Notes: generated from the sequence alone by a model not told the origin. Positions 29,982 through 40,403 are shown, numbered from the stretch's first letter. The stretch is DNA of 46,076 nucleotides from an uncultured Spartobacteria bacterium (GCA_903823215.1 CAIJRY010000204.1:1-46076); one strand, 5' to 3'. Translations and numbers: made by a program.

Positions 29982-31703
29982 CTATAACCCGTCGTCCGTC
30001 ACGGCACCGTGGGAGGCATCGGTGACATGGGAGGCATACTTGGCCAGCACGCCGCGATGGTAGCGGGGTTTGGGTTGCTTCCACGCCTTCTTTCGCTTGG
30101 CAAGTTCCGAGGTGCTGACCACAAGCGAGAGGGTATGCTTCTTCGCATCAATCACGATCGTGTCCCCATTCTTCACGAGCGCAAGCGGGCCGCCGACAAA
30201 CGCTTCCGGCGTGATATGTCCCACCACAAAACCATGCGTGCCGCCGGAGAATCGCCCATCCGTGATGAGGGCGACATCTTTGCCGAGTCCCCGCCCCATA
30301 ACGGCGCTGGTGGGGGAAAGCATCTCGCGCATCCCAGGGCCACCCTTGGGGCCTTCATAACGGATGACGATGACATCACCCTTTTTGATTGTTCCCGAAA
30401 GGATGCTCTCAAGTGCTTTCTCTTCGGATTCAAATACGCGTGCCTTTCCTTCAAAACGAAGACCTTCCTTTCCAGAGATTTTGGCGACAGCTCCACCCGG
30501 AGCGAGATTGCCCTTCAGGATGACGAGGTGACTCTCGGATTTGATTGGATCGGAGAGGGGGCGTACGATCTGCTGATCCTTCGGATACGGCTTGAAGGCT
30601 GCAAGGTTCTGTCTGAGGGTCTTGCCGGTGACGGTCATGCAGTCGCCGTGCAGGAGTCCGGCGGCGAGCAGTTGCTTCATCAGCGGAACAATGCCGCCGA
30701 TTTCGACAAGCTGGGACATGAGATATTTTCCGCTTGGTTTCAGATCAGCTAGGACGGGAACGCGTTTTCCGATGCGGGTGAAGTCTTCCAGGGTCAGCTT
30801 CACGCCGGCGGAATGGGCGATGGCCAGCAGATGCAATACCGCATTGGTGGAACCGCCGAGGGCGATGACGACGGTGATGGCATTTTCAAAAGCCTCGCGT
30901 GTCATGATGTCGAGCGGGCGTATCCCCTTCTTCAGGAGGTTGAGAACAGCCGCCCCTGCATCGCGGCAATCCTGCACCTTGTGCGAGGAGATGGCGGCTT
31001 GAGCGGAGCTATTTGGAAGGCTCATTCCCATGGCCTCGATGGCGGAGGCCATGGAATTGGCAGTGTACATACCGCCGCAGGAGCCAGGGCCCGGGATGGC
31101 GCATGACTCCACGGCTTGGCGCTCTTTGGAGGAGATGCTGCCAGCGGCTTCCTGCCCGACGGCTTCAAAGACGGAGACAACATCAACCAGTTTTCCATTG
31201 AGACATCCCGGCAGGATGGTGCCGCCATAGACGAAGACGGATGGGCGATTCAGACGGGCGATGGCGATCATGCAGCCCGGCATATTCTTGTCGCACCCGC
31301 CGATAGCCACAAGCCCGTCAAATCCCTGACAACCCGCAACGGTTTCAACCGAATCGGCGATAACCTCGCGTGAGACAAGGGAGTATTTCATTCCTTCGGT
31401 GCCCATCGAGATGCCATCGGAGATGGTGATGGTGTTGAAAATGATCGCCTTGCCACCTGCTTTGTCGATGCCGAGCGCCGATTCGCGGGCCAGAGCGTCG
31501 ATGTGCATGTTGCATGGAGTGACCATGCTCCAAGTCGAGGCAACGCCGACGATCGATTTCTTGAAATCCTTGTCGCTGAATCCCACGGGGTAGAGCATGG
31601 CGCGGCTGGCGGCGCGGCTCGGGCCATCCAGCAGAAGTGAGGAGTGGGCGCGAGCCAGGGATTTCGACGAAGACTTGGAAGGGGATTTTTTACGGGAACT
31701 CAT
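29982..31703 (-). CDS. ilvD: Dihydroxy-acid dehydratase (PCN / CDK / CGG cysteines, [2Fe-2S]-type)
   Basis: [47 protein letters not shown] lies 6 nt upstream of the ATG. Confidence 0.96.
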   Translation of the reverse strand: MSSRKKSPSKSSSKSLARAHSSLLLDGPSRAASRAMLYPVGFSDKDFKKSIVGVASTWSMVTPCNMHIDALARESALGIDKAGGKAIIFNTITISDGISMGTEGMKYSLVSREVIADSVETVAGCQGFDGLVAIGGCDKNMPGCMIAIARLNRPSVFVYGGTILPGCLNGKLVDVVSVFEAVGQEAAGSISSKERQAVESCAIPGPGSCGGMYTANSMASAIEAMGMSLPNSSAQAAISSHKVQDCRDAGAAVLNLLKKGIRPLDIMTREAFENAITVVIALGGSTNAVLHLLAIAHSAGVKLTLEDFTRIGKRVPVLADLKPSGKYLMSQLVEIGGIVPLMKQLLAAGLLHGDCMTVTGKTLRQNLAAFKPYPKDQQIVRPLSDPIKSESHLVILKGNLAPGGAVAKISGKEGLRFEGKARVFESEEKALESILSGTIKKGDVIVIRYEGPKGGPGMREMLSPTSAVMGRGLGKDVALITDGRFSGGTHGFVVGHITPEAFVGGPLALVKNGDTIVIDAKKHTLSLVVSTSELAKRKKAWKQPKPRYHRGVLAKYASHVTDASHGAVTDDGL

Positions 31704-31737
31704 CGGCTGATCCTATCAAAGTGGGGAGCTAAATCCA

Positions 31738-32865
31738 TCATGGATTGGTATCCAGTGGTTTTTTAAGCGTGGGAAGGGTGGATGATGAGGCGTTCCCTTC
31801 CATGATGTGATCCATCAATTCCCGAATCACCCCGTGTTGCTCATCGGAAAGTTCTGGTGCCAGCGCCGCCTCTTGGAATGCCCGCAGGGCGTTACCCCGT
31901 TCTCCCTGTTTGGCATAGGCCTGCCCAAGATAGGTGAGACTGGCCCCGAGTGGTTCCCTATGACGACGGGCAAGCGTGACAAGCCTTAACAGCGCATCGG
32001 TCTCTTCCTTTCCGGAGTTGGCGGCATTGGCCGCTCGTGCCAGCAGGAAGAGCGAATTTTCATTTTCTCCTTTGAGGGTGATCAATGAATGGGCGTTATC
32101 CAGTGCCTCATCGGCGCTTCCTGTCTCAATGAGTGCCCGGATGAGAATCTCCCGGGCGGCATGGTTGCCGGTATCAGCATCGAGGGATTTCTTCGCATAT
32201 CCCGCTGCATCTTGCCAATGACCCTGTGATGCTGACAGGGAGGCTCTGGTACTTGGCAGGAGGGAGGGGAGTTCCTTCATTGTCGCAGCCCTATCAAGCA
32301 ACTGTGTCGCTTCGGAGAGCCGGTTGATCTCAGCCAGATTGGACGCGGTCAGCATCATGTATCGGGCGCGATCTTTTGTATTCGGCCAAGTTTCCCTGAG
32401 CTTTTGATCGGATGGAAGCTGCCAGTCTGTGACATGGTCACCTTTTGGTCTGAATAGGTATCCCCAGGGAGAGACATCGGTGAGTGTCCAAAGGGAGGAG
32501 GCAAGCAGTGACTTGGTGAGTGATTGCCAAACTGGACTTGCCCCCAGGAAGAGCGCTCCGAAATGGCGTTCACGGTTCATTTTCCAGAAAGCCGATTTGT
32601 CCCTTGCTGCCGATTCAGAGTCGGCAATTGAGGGGAGGAGCGATACTTGAGGGCCTGAAAGTGAGGCAATAGATGGAAAAAACTCGGGTGTGATGAATAC
32701 TGGGGAGTCTGTTGATTTAAGAACCTCCTGAAGGAGCGGAATTGGAGATGTCAGTCGTGTATCGGTGGGTGGATGGAGTTGGCTCCTGATAAGCATCAGG
32801 GTAGCGAGCACAAGGAATACGATAGCCGAAATGATTAGCAGGGACTTTTTACCGATGAAACTCAT
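31738..32865 (-). CDS. Membrane-anchored protein with C-terminal TPR-like repeats
   Basis: N-terminal TM (KKSLLIISAIVFLVL); helical repeats such as YLGQAYAKQGERGNALRAFQEA. Start ATG 32865. Confidence 0.65.
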   Translation of the reverse strand: MSFIGKKSLLIISAIVFLVLATLMLIRSQLHPPTDTRLTSPIPLLQEVLKSTDSPVFITPEFFPSIASLSGPQVSLLPSIADSESAARDKSAFWKMNRERHFGALFLGASPVWQSLTKSLLASSLWTLTDVSPWGYLFRPKGDHVTDWQLPSDQKLRETWPNTKDRARYMMLTASNLAEINRLSEATQLLDRAATMKELPSLLPSTRASLSASQGHWQDAAGYAKKSLDADTGNHAAREILIRALIETGSADEALDNAHSLITLKGENENSLFLLARAANAANSGKEETDALLRLVTLARRHREPLGASLTYLGQAYAKQGERGNALRAFQEAALAPELSDEQHGVIRELMDHIMEGNASSSTLPTLKKPLDTNP

Positions 32866-32967
32866 GAGACAGGAGGGTGAGGAAATAGCTTTGTTTTCAG
32901 AAGAGAGACAACCGTCGAAACGCTTGTGATGCTTGTGATGCACAACGATGATGGTATCAGTAATCCA

Positions 32968-33492
32968 ATGAAACGCTTTCTGGCACTTCTTTTAACAATG
33001 AATCTTTTTACCCTCTTCGCTCATGCGGCCTCCGCCGATCCGCTCTCAGTTGGATCTCCGGCACCGCAAGTCACTGCCAAGGATCAGGAAGGCAAGGCGG
33101 TCAATTTTACCGATGTCTATGCCAGGGGAATCACGCTCGTCTATTTTTATCCTAAGGCCGAGACACCAGGATGCACTGCCGAAGCCTGTTCGCTGCGCGA
33201 TGCCTATGAGGGGCTTCATGCCAAGGGATTGCAGATTCTCGGGGTGAGCAAGGATTCCGTCGAAGCCCAGAAAAAATTTCATGAGAACCGGAAGCTTCCC
33301 TTCACCTTGATTGCCGACCCCGGTGGGAAGGTTGCCGAGGCATTTCATGTGCCGCTGATTCCCGTGATCGGCGTGACAAAAAGGCAGTCCTTCATCATCA
33401 AGAATGGCAAGATTGCTTGGGCCTCGCTTAGTGCTCAGACTGGTGGAGCGGCGCAGGAAATCCAAAAAGCCCTCGACATGCTGGCGAAGTAA
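32968..33492 (+). CDS. bcp: Peroxiredoxin, BCP/PrxQ family, with signal peptide
   Basis: YFYPKAETPGCTAEAC (PxxxTxxC plus resolving Cys); N-terminal MKRFLALLL...AHA. Confidence 0.88.
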   Translation: MKRFLALLLTMNLFTLFAHAASADPLSVGSPAPQVTAKDQEGKAVNFTDVYARGITLVYFYPKAETPGCTAEACSLRDAYEGLHAKGLQILGVSKDSVEAQKKFHENRKLPFTLIADPGGKVAEAFHVPLIPVIGVTKRQSFIIKNGKIAWASLSAQTGGAAQEIQKALDMLAK

Positions 33493-33546
33493 TAGCATTT
33501 TCTTTCCCCCACCACTCCCGTGAGTTAGCCTGCGGGGTGTTGCTAT

Positions 33547-33618
33547 GGGTTGATAGCTCAATGGTAGAGCAGTACCCTTTTAAGGTATTGGTTCTGGGTT
33601 CGAGTCCCAGTCAACCCA
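33547..33618 (+). tRNA. tRNA-Lys (anticodon UUU), CCA not encoded
   Basis: Acceptor GGGTTGA/TCAACCC, D arm GCTC/GAGC, anticodon arm GTACC-CTTTTAA-GGTAT, T arm CTGGG-TTCGAGT-CCCAG; discriminator A followed by CTT. Confidence 0.96.
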
Positions 33619-33656
33619 CTTGTAGAAGTCCTTCCTTATGGCTATCACTTGAAGCA

Positions 33657-34433
33657 ATGTTGCATTTGATAGGTACTCAGAGTCTTCAGATAATCTCCGG
33701 ATTCGGTGATTTTGCCGTGTTCACTGGTAGGTCGTTGTCATCGGTGGCGCATTCCAGAAGGCTGGGACATCGGGTGATCAGGGCCGTTTATGAACAGGGG
33801 ACTGTCTGTCTGCCCGTGATCCTGATCGTCGGTATTTTCACCGGATTGGTGCTGGGATTGCAGGGGTATCATGTACTAAGCCGCTTTGGTTCCCAAGGAT
33901 TGCTCGGGGCTTTGGTTTCGCTCAGTCTGGTGAGGGAGATGGCTCCCGTGCTGGCTGCCCTGATGCTGGTTGGGCAAGCCGGTTCGGCACTGGCTGCGGA
34001 ACTCGGGATGCAGCGCAGTACGGAACAAATCGTTGCGCTGGAGACCATGGGAGTGAGCAGTCACGGTTATCTGGTCTCTCCTCGGCTGATCGCCTCCCTG
34101 CTGACTTTTCCCGCCCAGACGGCGCTTTTTGTGGTGGTGGGACTCTGGGGGGGGGCTCTCTCAGGATCTCTTCTGCTGGGTGTCGATTCAGGCGTGTACT
34201 GGTCATCAGTGGAACATGCCGTCGAGTTCAGGGATCTGAGGGAGTGTTTTATGAAGGCACTCATCTTCGGGCTTTTATCCATGAGTATCTGTGCATGGCA
34301 GGGATTTCATGCCGATCGCTCCCGTACGGCTACCGGAGCGCGAGGAGTGAGTGCGGCCACGACACGGGCGGTTGTCTATTCCAGCATCATCGTGCTGATA
34401 GCTGATTACATCATCACCTCCTTTTTTGTCTGA
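33657..34433 (+). CDS. mlaE: MlaE family lipid ABC permease
   Basis: GLVLGLQG, REMAPVL, GSALAAELG.....EQI.ALE.MG, PRL, GARGV..ATT.AVV. Start ATG 33657, since the longer ORF overlaps the tRNA. Confidence 0.92.
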   Translation: MLHLIGTQSLQIISGFGDFAVFTGRSLSSVAHSRRLGHRVIRAVYEQGTVCLPVILIVGIFTGLVLGLQGYHVLSRFGSQGLLGALVSLSLVREMAPVLAALMLVGQAGSALAAELGMQRSTEQIVALETMGVSSHGYLVSPRLIASLLTFPAQTALFVVVGLWGGALSGSLLLGVDSGVYWSSVEHAVEFRDLRECFMKALIFGLLSMSICAWQGFHADRSRTATGARGVSAATTRAVVYSSIIVLIADYIITSFFV

Positions 34434-34435
34434 AG

Positions 34436-35233
34436 ATGAGAGTGGCTGACCGGGAGTTCATTATTCAAGTTGAAGGCTTGCGAAAGTCCTTCGACACGCG
34501 TTGCGTCCTTGACGGGATCGATCTGGGGGTGCCACGAGGCAGCCTTTTTACTGTTCTTGGCCCAAGCGGGGCCGGCAAATCCGTGTTTCTCAAGTGTCTT
34601 GCAAATATTCTCCATCCCGATGCCGGCAGGATTAGTTTCGATGGACGACTGCTTACCGCTGCGGACAGCGCCTTGCGCACGGAGTTTCGCAAACGATGCA
34701 GCTTTCTATTTCAAAGCAATGCCCTCTTTGATTCTCTGACTGCATTGGAGAATGTGGCTTTGCCTTTGGAGCAGACCACAAACCTCGGCCTCAGGGAGAT
34801 TCGTGAACGCAGTATGGAAGCCCTGCGTCAACTCGAAATGGATGATTTTCATGAGCGCTATCCCGGTCAACTTTCCGGCGGAATGCAAAAGCGACTTGCG
34901 CTTGCCCGCGCCATTGTGACGCAGCCCGAACTCGTCCTGTTTGATGAACCGACGGCTGGACTTGACCCCATTCGCAGGAATGCAGTGTTCACGATGATTG
35001 CCAAATATCAACGCCAGTTCCATTTTACAGCACTGGTCGTCACTCATGATGTTCCCGAGGCGTTGGTTGCCAGCGATCGGGTTGCCCTGTTGAATCAGGG
35101 AAAAATCTGCTTCGAGGGAACTCCAGCGGAATTTTCCGCATCAGTTCAGCCGGTTGTGTGTGGTTTTCGTGACAGCGCGGAGGCTCTCAGCAATTCTATT
35201 GACGCAATCCGCCAAACAAACTTCACCATGTGA
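34436..35233 (+). CDS. mlaF: MlaF family ABC ATP-binding protein
   Basis: GPSGAGKS, FQSNALFDSL, LSGGMQKR.ALARA, DEPTAGLDP. Confidence 0.92.
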   Translation: MRVADREFIIQVEGLRKSFDTRCVLDGIDLGVPRGSLFTVLGPSGAGKSVFLKCLANILHPDAGRISFDGRLLTAADSALRTEFRKRCSFLFQSNALFDSLTALENVALPLEQTTNLGLREIRERSMEALRQLEMDDFHERYPGQLSGGMQKRLALARAIVTQPELVLFDEPTAGLDPIRRNAVFTMIAKYQRQFHFTALVVTHDVPEALVASDRVALLNQGKICFEGTPAEFSASVQPVVCGFRDSAEALSNSIDAIRQTNFTM

Positions 35234-35240
35234 TTATTTT

Positions 35241-35732
35241 ATGAAAAATACCAAACTCGAACTTTCGGTAGGCGTCTTTGTGTTGCTTGGATTGGCTGCG
35301 CTTGCCTACCTGACGATCAAGCTGGGCACAGGTTCCATGGTCAGCGGCAATTCTTATCTGATCGAATCCCGATTTGCCAATGCGGGTGGTATTCATCCCG
35401 GATGCAGTGTGCTGCTCTCCGGCGTCTCGGTGGGAAGGGTCGAGAGTGTCAGGATGGATCCATCGGATTACAGCGCCATAGCAACCCTCCGTCTGACTTC
35501 AATCCTTCATCTGCCCACGGATTCCATGGCTTCCGTCAAGACTTCCGGGTTGATCGGTGACAAGTATATTGCTCTCTCTCCAGGAGCAGATAGCACCTTT
35601 ATTCAGCCCGGAGCAAGAATCACCATGACGGAATCCGCAGTCGATCTGGAGTCGCTAATTGGAAAAATGGCGTTCGGATCCATTGACAAAGACAAGGAAA
35701 CCAAGGAAAAGAAAAGCCTGCCTTCGCCATGA
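35241..35732 (+). CDS. mlaD: MlaD (MCE domain) protein
   Basis: ELSVGVFV TM, GVSVGRV, TSGLIGDKYI.LSPG, DLE.LIGK. Confidence 0.93.
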   Translation: MKNTKLELSVGVFVLLGLAALAYLTIKLGTGSMVSGNSYLIESRFANAGGIHPGCSVLLSGVSVGRVESVRMDPSDYSAIATLRLTSILHLPTDSMASVKTSGLIGDKYIALSPGADSTFIQPGARITMTESAVDLESLIGKMAFGSIDKDKETKEKKSLPSP

Positions 35733-36316
35733 TGAAACGACAGCTTCCTCTTCTAGTATTGGTTTTCTGCCTATTCTCACGGGGTGCTTTGATTGCCTCC
35801 ACCGATGAGGCTGAGAAGCGTCTTAAGACCGCCGTCAACCAAGTCACTGAAATCGCAGCGCACGCGCCGGATCGCAATGCCTTGGCAACAGGGGTAAAAC
35901 CGACACTGCAAAACATACTCAGTTTCGAAACCATGACCCGTCGTGCCGTCGGTCCGGGATGGCGTCAGTTCACACCGGAGCAGCAAAAGGAAGCCATCGG
36001 TCTTTTTACGACGCTGATCATCCGTACCTATACCGCAAAATTTACTCCCGGCGAACTTCCCTCGGTTACTTTCAAGGCAGCCTCATCTCCGGCACCTGGT
36101 CGCGTCGAGATCCCGACAACTAGTTCTTACAAGGGAAGTCACTACGATGTCGTTTACCGTCTTGATGAGTCTGACGGCTGGCGCATCACGGATGTCGTGA
36201 TCGAGGGGGTGAGCATGATCGCCAACTACAGGACGCAGTTTGATGCCGAGTTCAAGCAGGGCGGGGCGGAAGCTGTGATCAAGGCACTCAACCGTTCACT
36301 GGCTACCTCAAAATGA
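35729..36316 (+). CDS. mlaC: MlaC/Ttg2D periplasmic lipid-binding protein
   Basis: Signal peptide; W...T.EQ, YRL, WRITDVVIEGVSM..NYR.QF. Confidence 0.9.
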   Translation: MMKRQLPLLVLVFCLFSRGALIASTDEAEKRLKTAVNQVTEIAAHAPDRNALATGVKPTLQNILSFETMTRRAVGPGWRQFTPEQQKEAIGLFTTLIIRTYTAKFTPGELPSVTFKAASSPAPGRVEIPTTSSYKGSHYDVVYRLDESDGWRITDVVIEGVSMIANYRTQFDAEFKQGGAEAVIKALNRSLATSK

Positions 36317-37125
36317 AAATCAATCCTATTATCGTGGTATGCCTTTTCATGATGGCAGCCCAAAGTGCCATCCATGCATCCGATGCGGAGAAAACCGCTG
36401 CGGTCACAGTGGTGAAAAAAGCAAATTCACCCAGGGTCAAATCTCATGATGGCAAGTCGGTTCGCCTTCCCGATGACGATCTGAATGACGAGTATGGTCG
36501 CGCTGCTTCTGTTCCTGATCCGATCGAGCCGCTGAACAGGGGAACTTTCTGGGTGAATCATCAAATCTACAGATATATCTTCCGTCCTGTTTCCAGGGCC
36601 TATGATACCGTGGTCCCTTCCGTGGTGAGGAAGGGAGTCTTCAATGTTTTTGACAATCTGGAGTTCCCGAAGCGGTTCGTGAATGATCTCTTGCAGTGGA
36701 AGCTGAAGAGCGCGGGACAGGAGTCCGAAAAATTTATGGTCAATACCGTCGCGGGTGTGGGGGGGGTCATGAAAGTTTCGGATCGTATTCCCGCACTGGC
36801 CGATCTGCCCCGTCCCGATACGGGACAGACCTTTGCCAAATGGGGCATCGGTCATGGAGCCTATGTCGTACTCCCTATTTTTGGCCCAAGAAGCGCACGA
36901 GATACGGTTGGTTTGGCGGGAGACATCGCTCTGAGCCCGGTCTTTTGGGTGTCGATCTGGTTCCCTGCGGTTGTTTGGATGCCTGCCGTGACGACGCCTG
37001 ATTCGGTACGCACCTTGCACGACAGACTCGGTGCTTACGATGCTGTCACAGAGAACACACTCGATCGTTATCTGGCAGCCCGGAGTTCCTATATCCAGAA
37101 CCGCAGCAAGGCAGCGTCGAAGTAA
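36313..37125 (+). CDS. mlaA: MlaA/VacJ family protein
   Basis: DPIEPLNR, NL, NT..G.GG, DTGQTFAKWG.G.G.Y.VLP.FGP...RD, final Y...R..Y.Q.R. Confidence 0.88.
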   Translation: MKINPIIVVCLFMMAAQSAIHASDAEKTAAVTVVKKANSPRVKSHDGKSVRLPDDDLNDEYGRAASVPDPIEPLNRGTFWVNHQIYRYIFRPVSRAYDTVVPSVVRKGVFNVFDNLEFPKRFVNDLLQWKLKSAGQESEKFMVNTVAGVGGVMKVSDRIPALADLPRPDTGQTFAKWGIGHGAYVVLPIFGPRSARDTVGLAGDIALSPVFWVSIWFPAVVWMPAVTTPDSVRTLHDRLGAYDAVTENTLDRYLAARSSYIQNRSKAASK

Positions 37126-37230
37126 TTTTTCCGTGCGGGTAGGTAGTTGCCGCATAAGGTTGAGGAGAGTCGGTCTGAGAATTTCCAACGGTTGATAGTG
37201 TTATCCGGACTCTCGGAGAGATGCTATTAT

Positions 37231-37396
37231 TAGAGCGGTTTAAGCAATCCTATAGCCATTCGTTGACGGTGGCATAGGGCCGTTTGGCGGCGTCGCGTTC
37301 GGGCTAGCGCGACTACAGTCGCTTTCGCTTGCTCCTTGCCATCCGACCACATGGCACTCGCAAATTGATGGCCACACTATTACTTAAAACGCTCTA
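37231..37396. mobile_element. 166-bp imperfect palindromic element (MITE/REP-like)
   Basis: Ends TAGAGCGGTTTAAG...CTTAAAACGCTCTA; the outer 29 bp match 23/29. Central palindrome GCGACT-AC-AGTCGC; TA at both termini. Confidence 0.65.
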
Positions 37397-37807
37397 GTCC
37401 TGCTTGAACTTCCCGTGTCCTTCCTTCTTGAGTTGGCCAAGCTTGCCAAGAAGGGACTTTGCATTGTCATACTGACCTGCTTTCACAGCTTCCTCGATCT
37501 GGCCATAGGTGTCCGAGAGCTTCTGTATCTGGGCCTTATAAGCAGCCAGAAACGGTGCCTGATCAGCCTGCGGCACGGTGGCGGTCTTGCGTGGTTGGAG
37601 ATTCTGGGAATCGAGAGCAGCTTTTCTGAGGGACTCAATCAGTGTCACTGTCGACTGCTGCCTGCTCGGATCATTCACTTGCATGGAGAGCTGCTTAGTA
37701 CCTTTTGCAAGAATCTGCATCTGCTTTTCCAGCGGAGAGTCCTCAGCATGGAGAACAGATAAGAGAGGGATGATGACGGCAAGTGCGAGAATAGACTGTA
37801 ATTTCAT
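37394..37807 (-). CDS. Soluble periplasmic cytochrome b562-like four-helix protein
   Basis: Signal peptide (..VLHA). N-terminal LEKQM and C-terminal LKKEGHGKFK match the Met/His heme-ligand layout of cytochrome b562; no CxxCH. Confidence 0.65.
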   Translation of the reverse strand: MKLQSILALAVIIPLLSVLHAEDSPLEKQMQILAKGTKQLSMQVNDPSRQQSTVTLIESLRKAALDSQNLQPRKTATVPQADQAPFLAAYKAQIQKLSDTYGQIEEAVKAGQYDNAKSLLGKLGQLKKEGHGKFKQD

Positions 37808-37828
37808 GTAAGACGGGGTGGGTATAAA

Positions 37829-40381
37829 TTATCCGACGACCACGATATTTACGAGACGCCCCAGAACAACAACTACTTTTTTGATCTCTTTGCCTTCCAG
37901 ATGAGCGGCAACCGAGGGGTTGGAAAAAATTGCTTTTTCAACGGTCTCCTTATCGGCGGAAACGGAAACAGTAATGTGCTCACGAACCTTTCCATTGATC
38001 TGCACTGCATAGGAGATCTCGTCCACAGTGAGATATTCCTCATTCCACTGAGGCCATTGAGATTGGGAAGCGAGTCCATCGAAGCCAGAAAACTTCGTGC
38101 TCAAGCGAGACCAAAGTTCTTCTGTTAGGTGAGGGGCAAAGGGGCTGAGTAGAGGTAGAAAGAGTCGCAGCGCTTCGAGAGGGCGGGGCTTGGCAGTGGT
38201 GAATTCATTGGTGCAGATCATCATCTGGGAGATGGCGGTATTGAAGGAGAGTGACTCGATGTCGTGAGTGACTTTCTTGATCGTGGCATGAAGCATGCGC
38301 CGCTGAGCATTGGTAAGTTCCTGTTCGGCCAGATCCTCTGAGAGGATGTAGTTGCCCTCATGATTCTCTGTCATGGCGAGACGCCAGACACGGGCAAGAA
38401 AACGGTAAACGCCCTCGACGCCCGTGGTACTCCAAGGTTTGCCATGTTCCAGCGGTCCCATGAACATTTCGTAGAGCCGCAGGGAATCCGCCCCGTATTC
38501 GGCGATAACCTCATCGGGGTTGACCACATTCCCACGGCTTTTGGACATTTTCTGTCCATCGTCACCGAGGATCATTCCTTGGTTCACGAGTCTCTGGAAT
38601 GGCTCGGGTGTGGTCAGATGGCCGAGATCAAAAAGCACCTTATGCCAGAAGCGGGCATACAAAAGATGGAGCACGGCGTGTTCGGTTCCCCCGACATACA
38701 AATCAACACCTCCGGTAGTCCCCTGACTTCCCATCCAATATTGCTCGGCCTCGGCGCTGATGAAGCGATCCTTGTTCTTGGGATCGCAGAAGCGAAGGTA
38801 GTACCAGCAGGAACCAGCCCATTGGGGCATGGTATTGAGCTCGCGTTGTGCAGTCTCGGCATAGCGCACCCATTCGCTTGCCTTGGAAAGAGGTGGTTCC
38901 GCAGTACCCGTTGGTTTGAAATCTTCCATTTCTGGTGGCTCCACAGGGAGTTCCTCATGGGAAAGAGCCCGGTGGGAACCATTCTCCCAAACGATAGGGA
39001 AGGGTTCCCCCCAGTAACGCTGACGGGAGAAAAGCCAGTCACGCAGCTTGTACGAAATCGTACCTTGCCCGAGACCCTTTTCCTCAAGCCATGTGATGAT
39101 TTTTGCTTTGGCTTCTAGTGTTTGGAGGCCGTTGAGAAAACCGGAGTTGACCGCGATTCCTTCGCCGCAAAAACATCCCTCGAATGCATCAGCTGTCGTG
39201 ACAACGGGAATGATCGGCAGATCAAAGGCCACAGCAAATTCATGATCCCTCTCGTCGTGGGCTGGAACGGCCATGATGGCCCCGGTGCCGTAACCGGTGA
39301 GGACATAATCGGCGATCCAGATTGGGATCCTTTCATGATTCACCGGATTCATGGCGTAGGCACCGGTAAAGACACCGCTCTTTTCCTTCGCGAGATCAGT
39401 GCGCTCCAGATCGCTCTTGGAAGAGCAGGCTTTCTTGTAGCTGGTAACAGCCTTCAGTTGTCCGGTATTGGTGATGGCCTCCACAAGCGGATGTTCGGGA
39501 GCCAGAACCAAGTAAGTGGCACCGAAGAGTGTGTCAGGCCGTGTGGTGAAGACAGTGACAGAGGCATCTACCCCCTCGATCTCAAATCGAACCTCCGCCC
39601 CTTCGCTGCGGCCAATCCAGTTACGCTGGAGGAGTTTGATCGACTCCGGCCATTCGAGGCCATCGAGATCGGCGATCAACCGTTCTGCATAGGAGGTGAT
39701 ACGTAGCATCCATTGGCGCATCGGACGACGCTCCACGGGGAATCCTCCGACTTCACTTTTCCCATCAACGACTTCCTCATTTGCCAGCACGGTGCCGAGC
39801 TCCGGGCACCAGTTCACCGGTTTGTTAGAAACATAAGCGAGACGGACGCTGTCAGGATCCGATCCAGTGTAGGTCGAGATCGGCTCTGCCTTGTTTGTGA
39901 GCGGGTTCACCCAGGCATTGTAAAGCTGGAGAAAGATCCACTGCGTCCATTTGAAATACTCGGGATCGGTCGTGCTGATTTCGCGGGACCAGTCGTAGCT
40001 GAAGCCGAGCGACTGAAGCTGAGCGCGGAAGTTGTTGATATTGCGCTCGGTGGTGATGCGCGGATGCTGGCCGGTCTTGATCGCATACTGCTCGGCGGGA
40101 AGACCAAAGGCATCCCAGCCCATCGGATGCAGCACATTGTCACCCTTGAGGCGGTGATAACGGGCAAGGATATCGGTGGCGGTGTATCCCTCAACATGGC
40201 CGACATGCAGACCGTCACCACTCGGATAAGGAAACATATCGAGCACGAAATATTTCTTCGCCCCAGGCCGGAAATCAGGATCTCCGGGATTGGACGCACG
40301 GAAGACTTGTGTGCCGACCCAATGCTGCTGCCAGCGGGGTTCAAATTCAGGGAAAGGATAGTGCTTGCGGGTAAGGGACAT
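37829..40381 (-). CDS. leuS: Leucine--tRNA ligase
   Basis: [29 protein letters not shown] editing domain, SRQRYWG, KMSKS. Start ATG 40381. Confidence 0.97.
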   Translation of the reverse strand: MSLTRKHYPFPEFEPRWQQHWVGTQVFRASNPGDPDFRPGAKKYFVLDMFPYPSGDGLHVGHVEGYTATDILARYHRLKGDNVLHPMGWDAFGLPAEQYAIKTGQHPRITTERNINNFRAQLQSLGFSYDWSREISTTDPEYFKWTQWIFLQLYNAWVNPLTNKAEPISTYTGSDPDSVRLAYVSNKPVNWCPELGTVLANEEVVDGKSEVGGFPVERRPMRQWMLRITSYAERLIADLDGLEWPESIKLLQRNWIGRSEGAEVRFEIEGVDASVTVFTTRPDTLFGATYLVLAPEHPLVEAITNTGQLKAVTSYKKACSSKSDLERTDLAKEKSGVFTGAYAMNPVNHERIPIWIADYVLTGYGTGAIMAVPAHDERDHEFAVAFDLPIIPVVTTADAFEGCFCGEGIAVNSGFLNGLQTLEAKAKIITWLEEKGLGQGTISYKLRDWLFSRQRYWGEPFPIVWENGSHRALSHEELPVEPPEMEDFKPTGTAEPPLSKASEWVRYAETAQRELNTMPQWAGSCWYYLRFCDPKNKDRFISAEAEQYWMGSQGTTGGVDLYVGGTEHAVLHLLYARFWHKVLFDLGHLTTPEPFQRLVNQGMILGDDGQKMSKSRGNVVNPDEVIAEYGADSLRLYEMFMGPLEHGKPWSTTGVEGVYRFLARVWRLAMTENHEGNYILSEDLAEQELTNAQRRMLHATIKKVTHDIESLSFNTAISQMMICTNEFTTAKPRPLEALRLFLPLLSPFAPHLTEELWSRLSTKFSGFDGLASQSQWPQWNEEYLTVDEISYAVQINGKVREHITVSVSADKETVEKAIFSNPSVAAHLEGKEIKKVVVVLGRLVNIVVVG

Positions 40382-40403
40382 CTGGTTCGAAGTGGAGTCC
40401 TCT

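Noticed and set aside
33537-33656. N-terminal extension of mlaE in the ORF track (similar extensions on eno, leuS, cca, rpmE, murJ, mlaD)
   Set aside because: The extensions run through a tRNA, neighbouring genes or promoter regions; family homology starts at downstream ATGs.
33547-37396. Genomic island integrated at tRNA-Lys (mla operon as cargo)
   Set aside because: No integrase, no duplicated tRNA 3' end found downstream, and the genes are housekeeping envelope functions.
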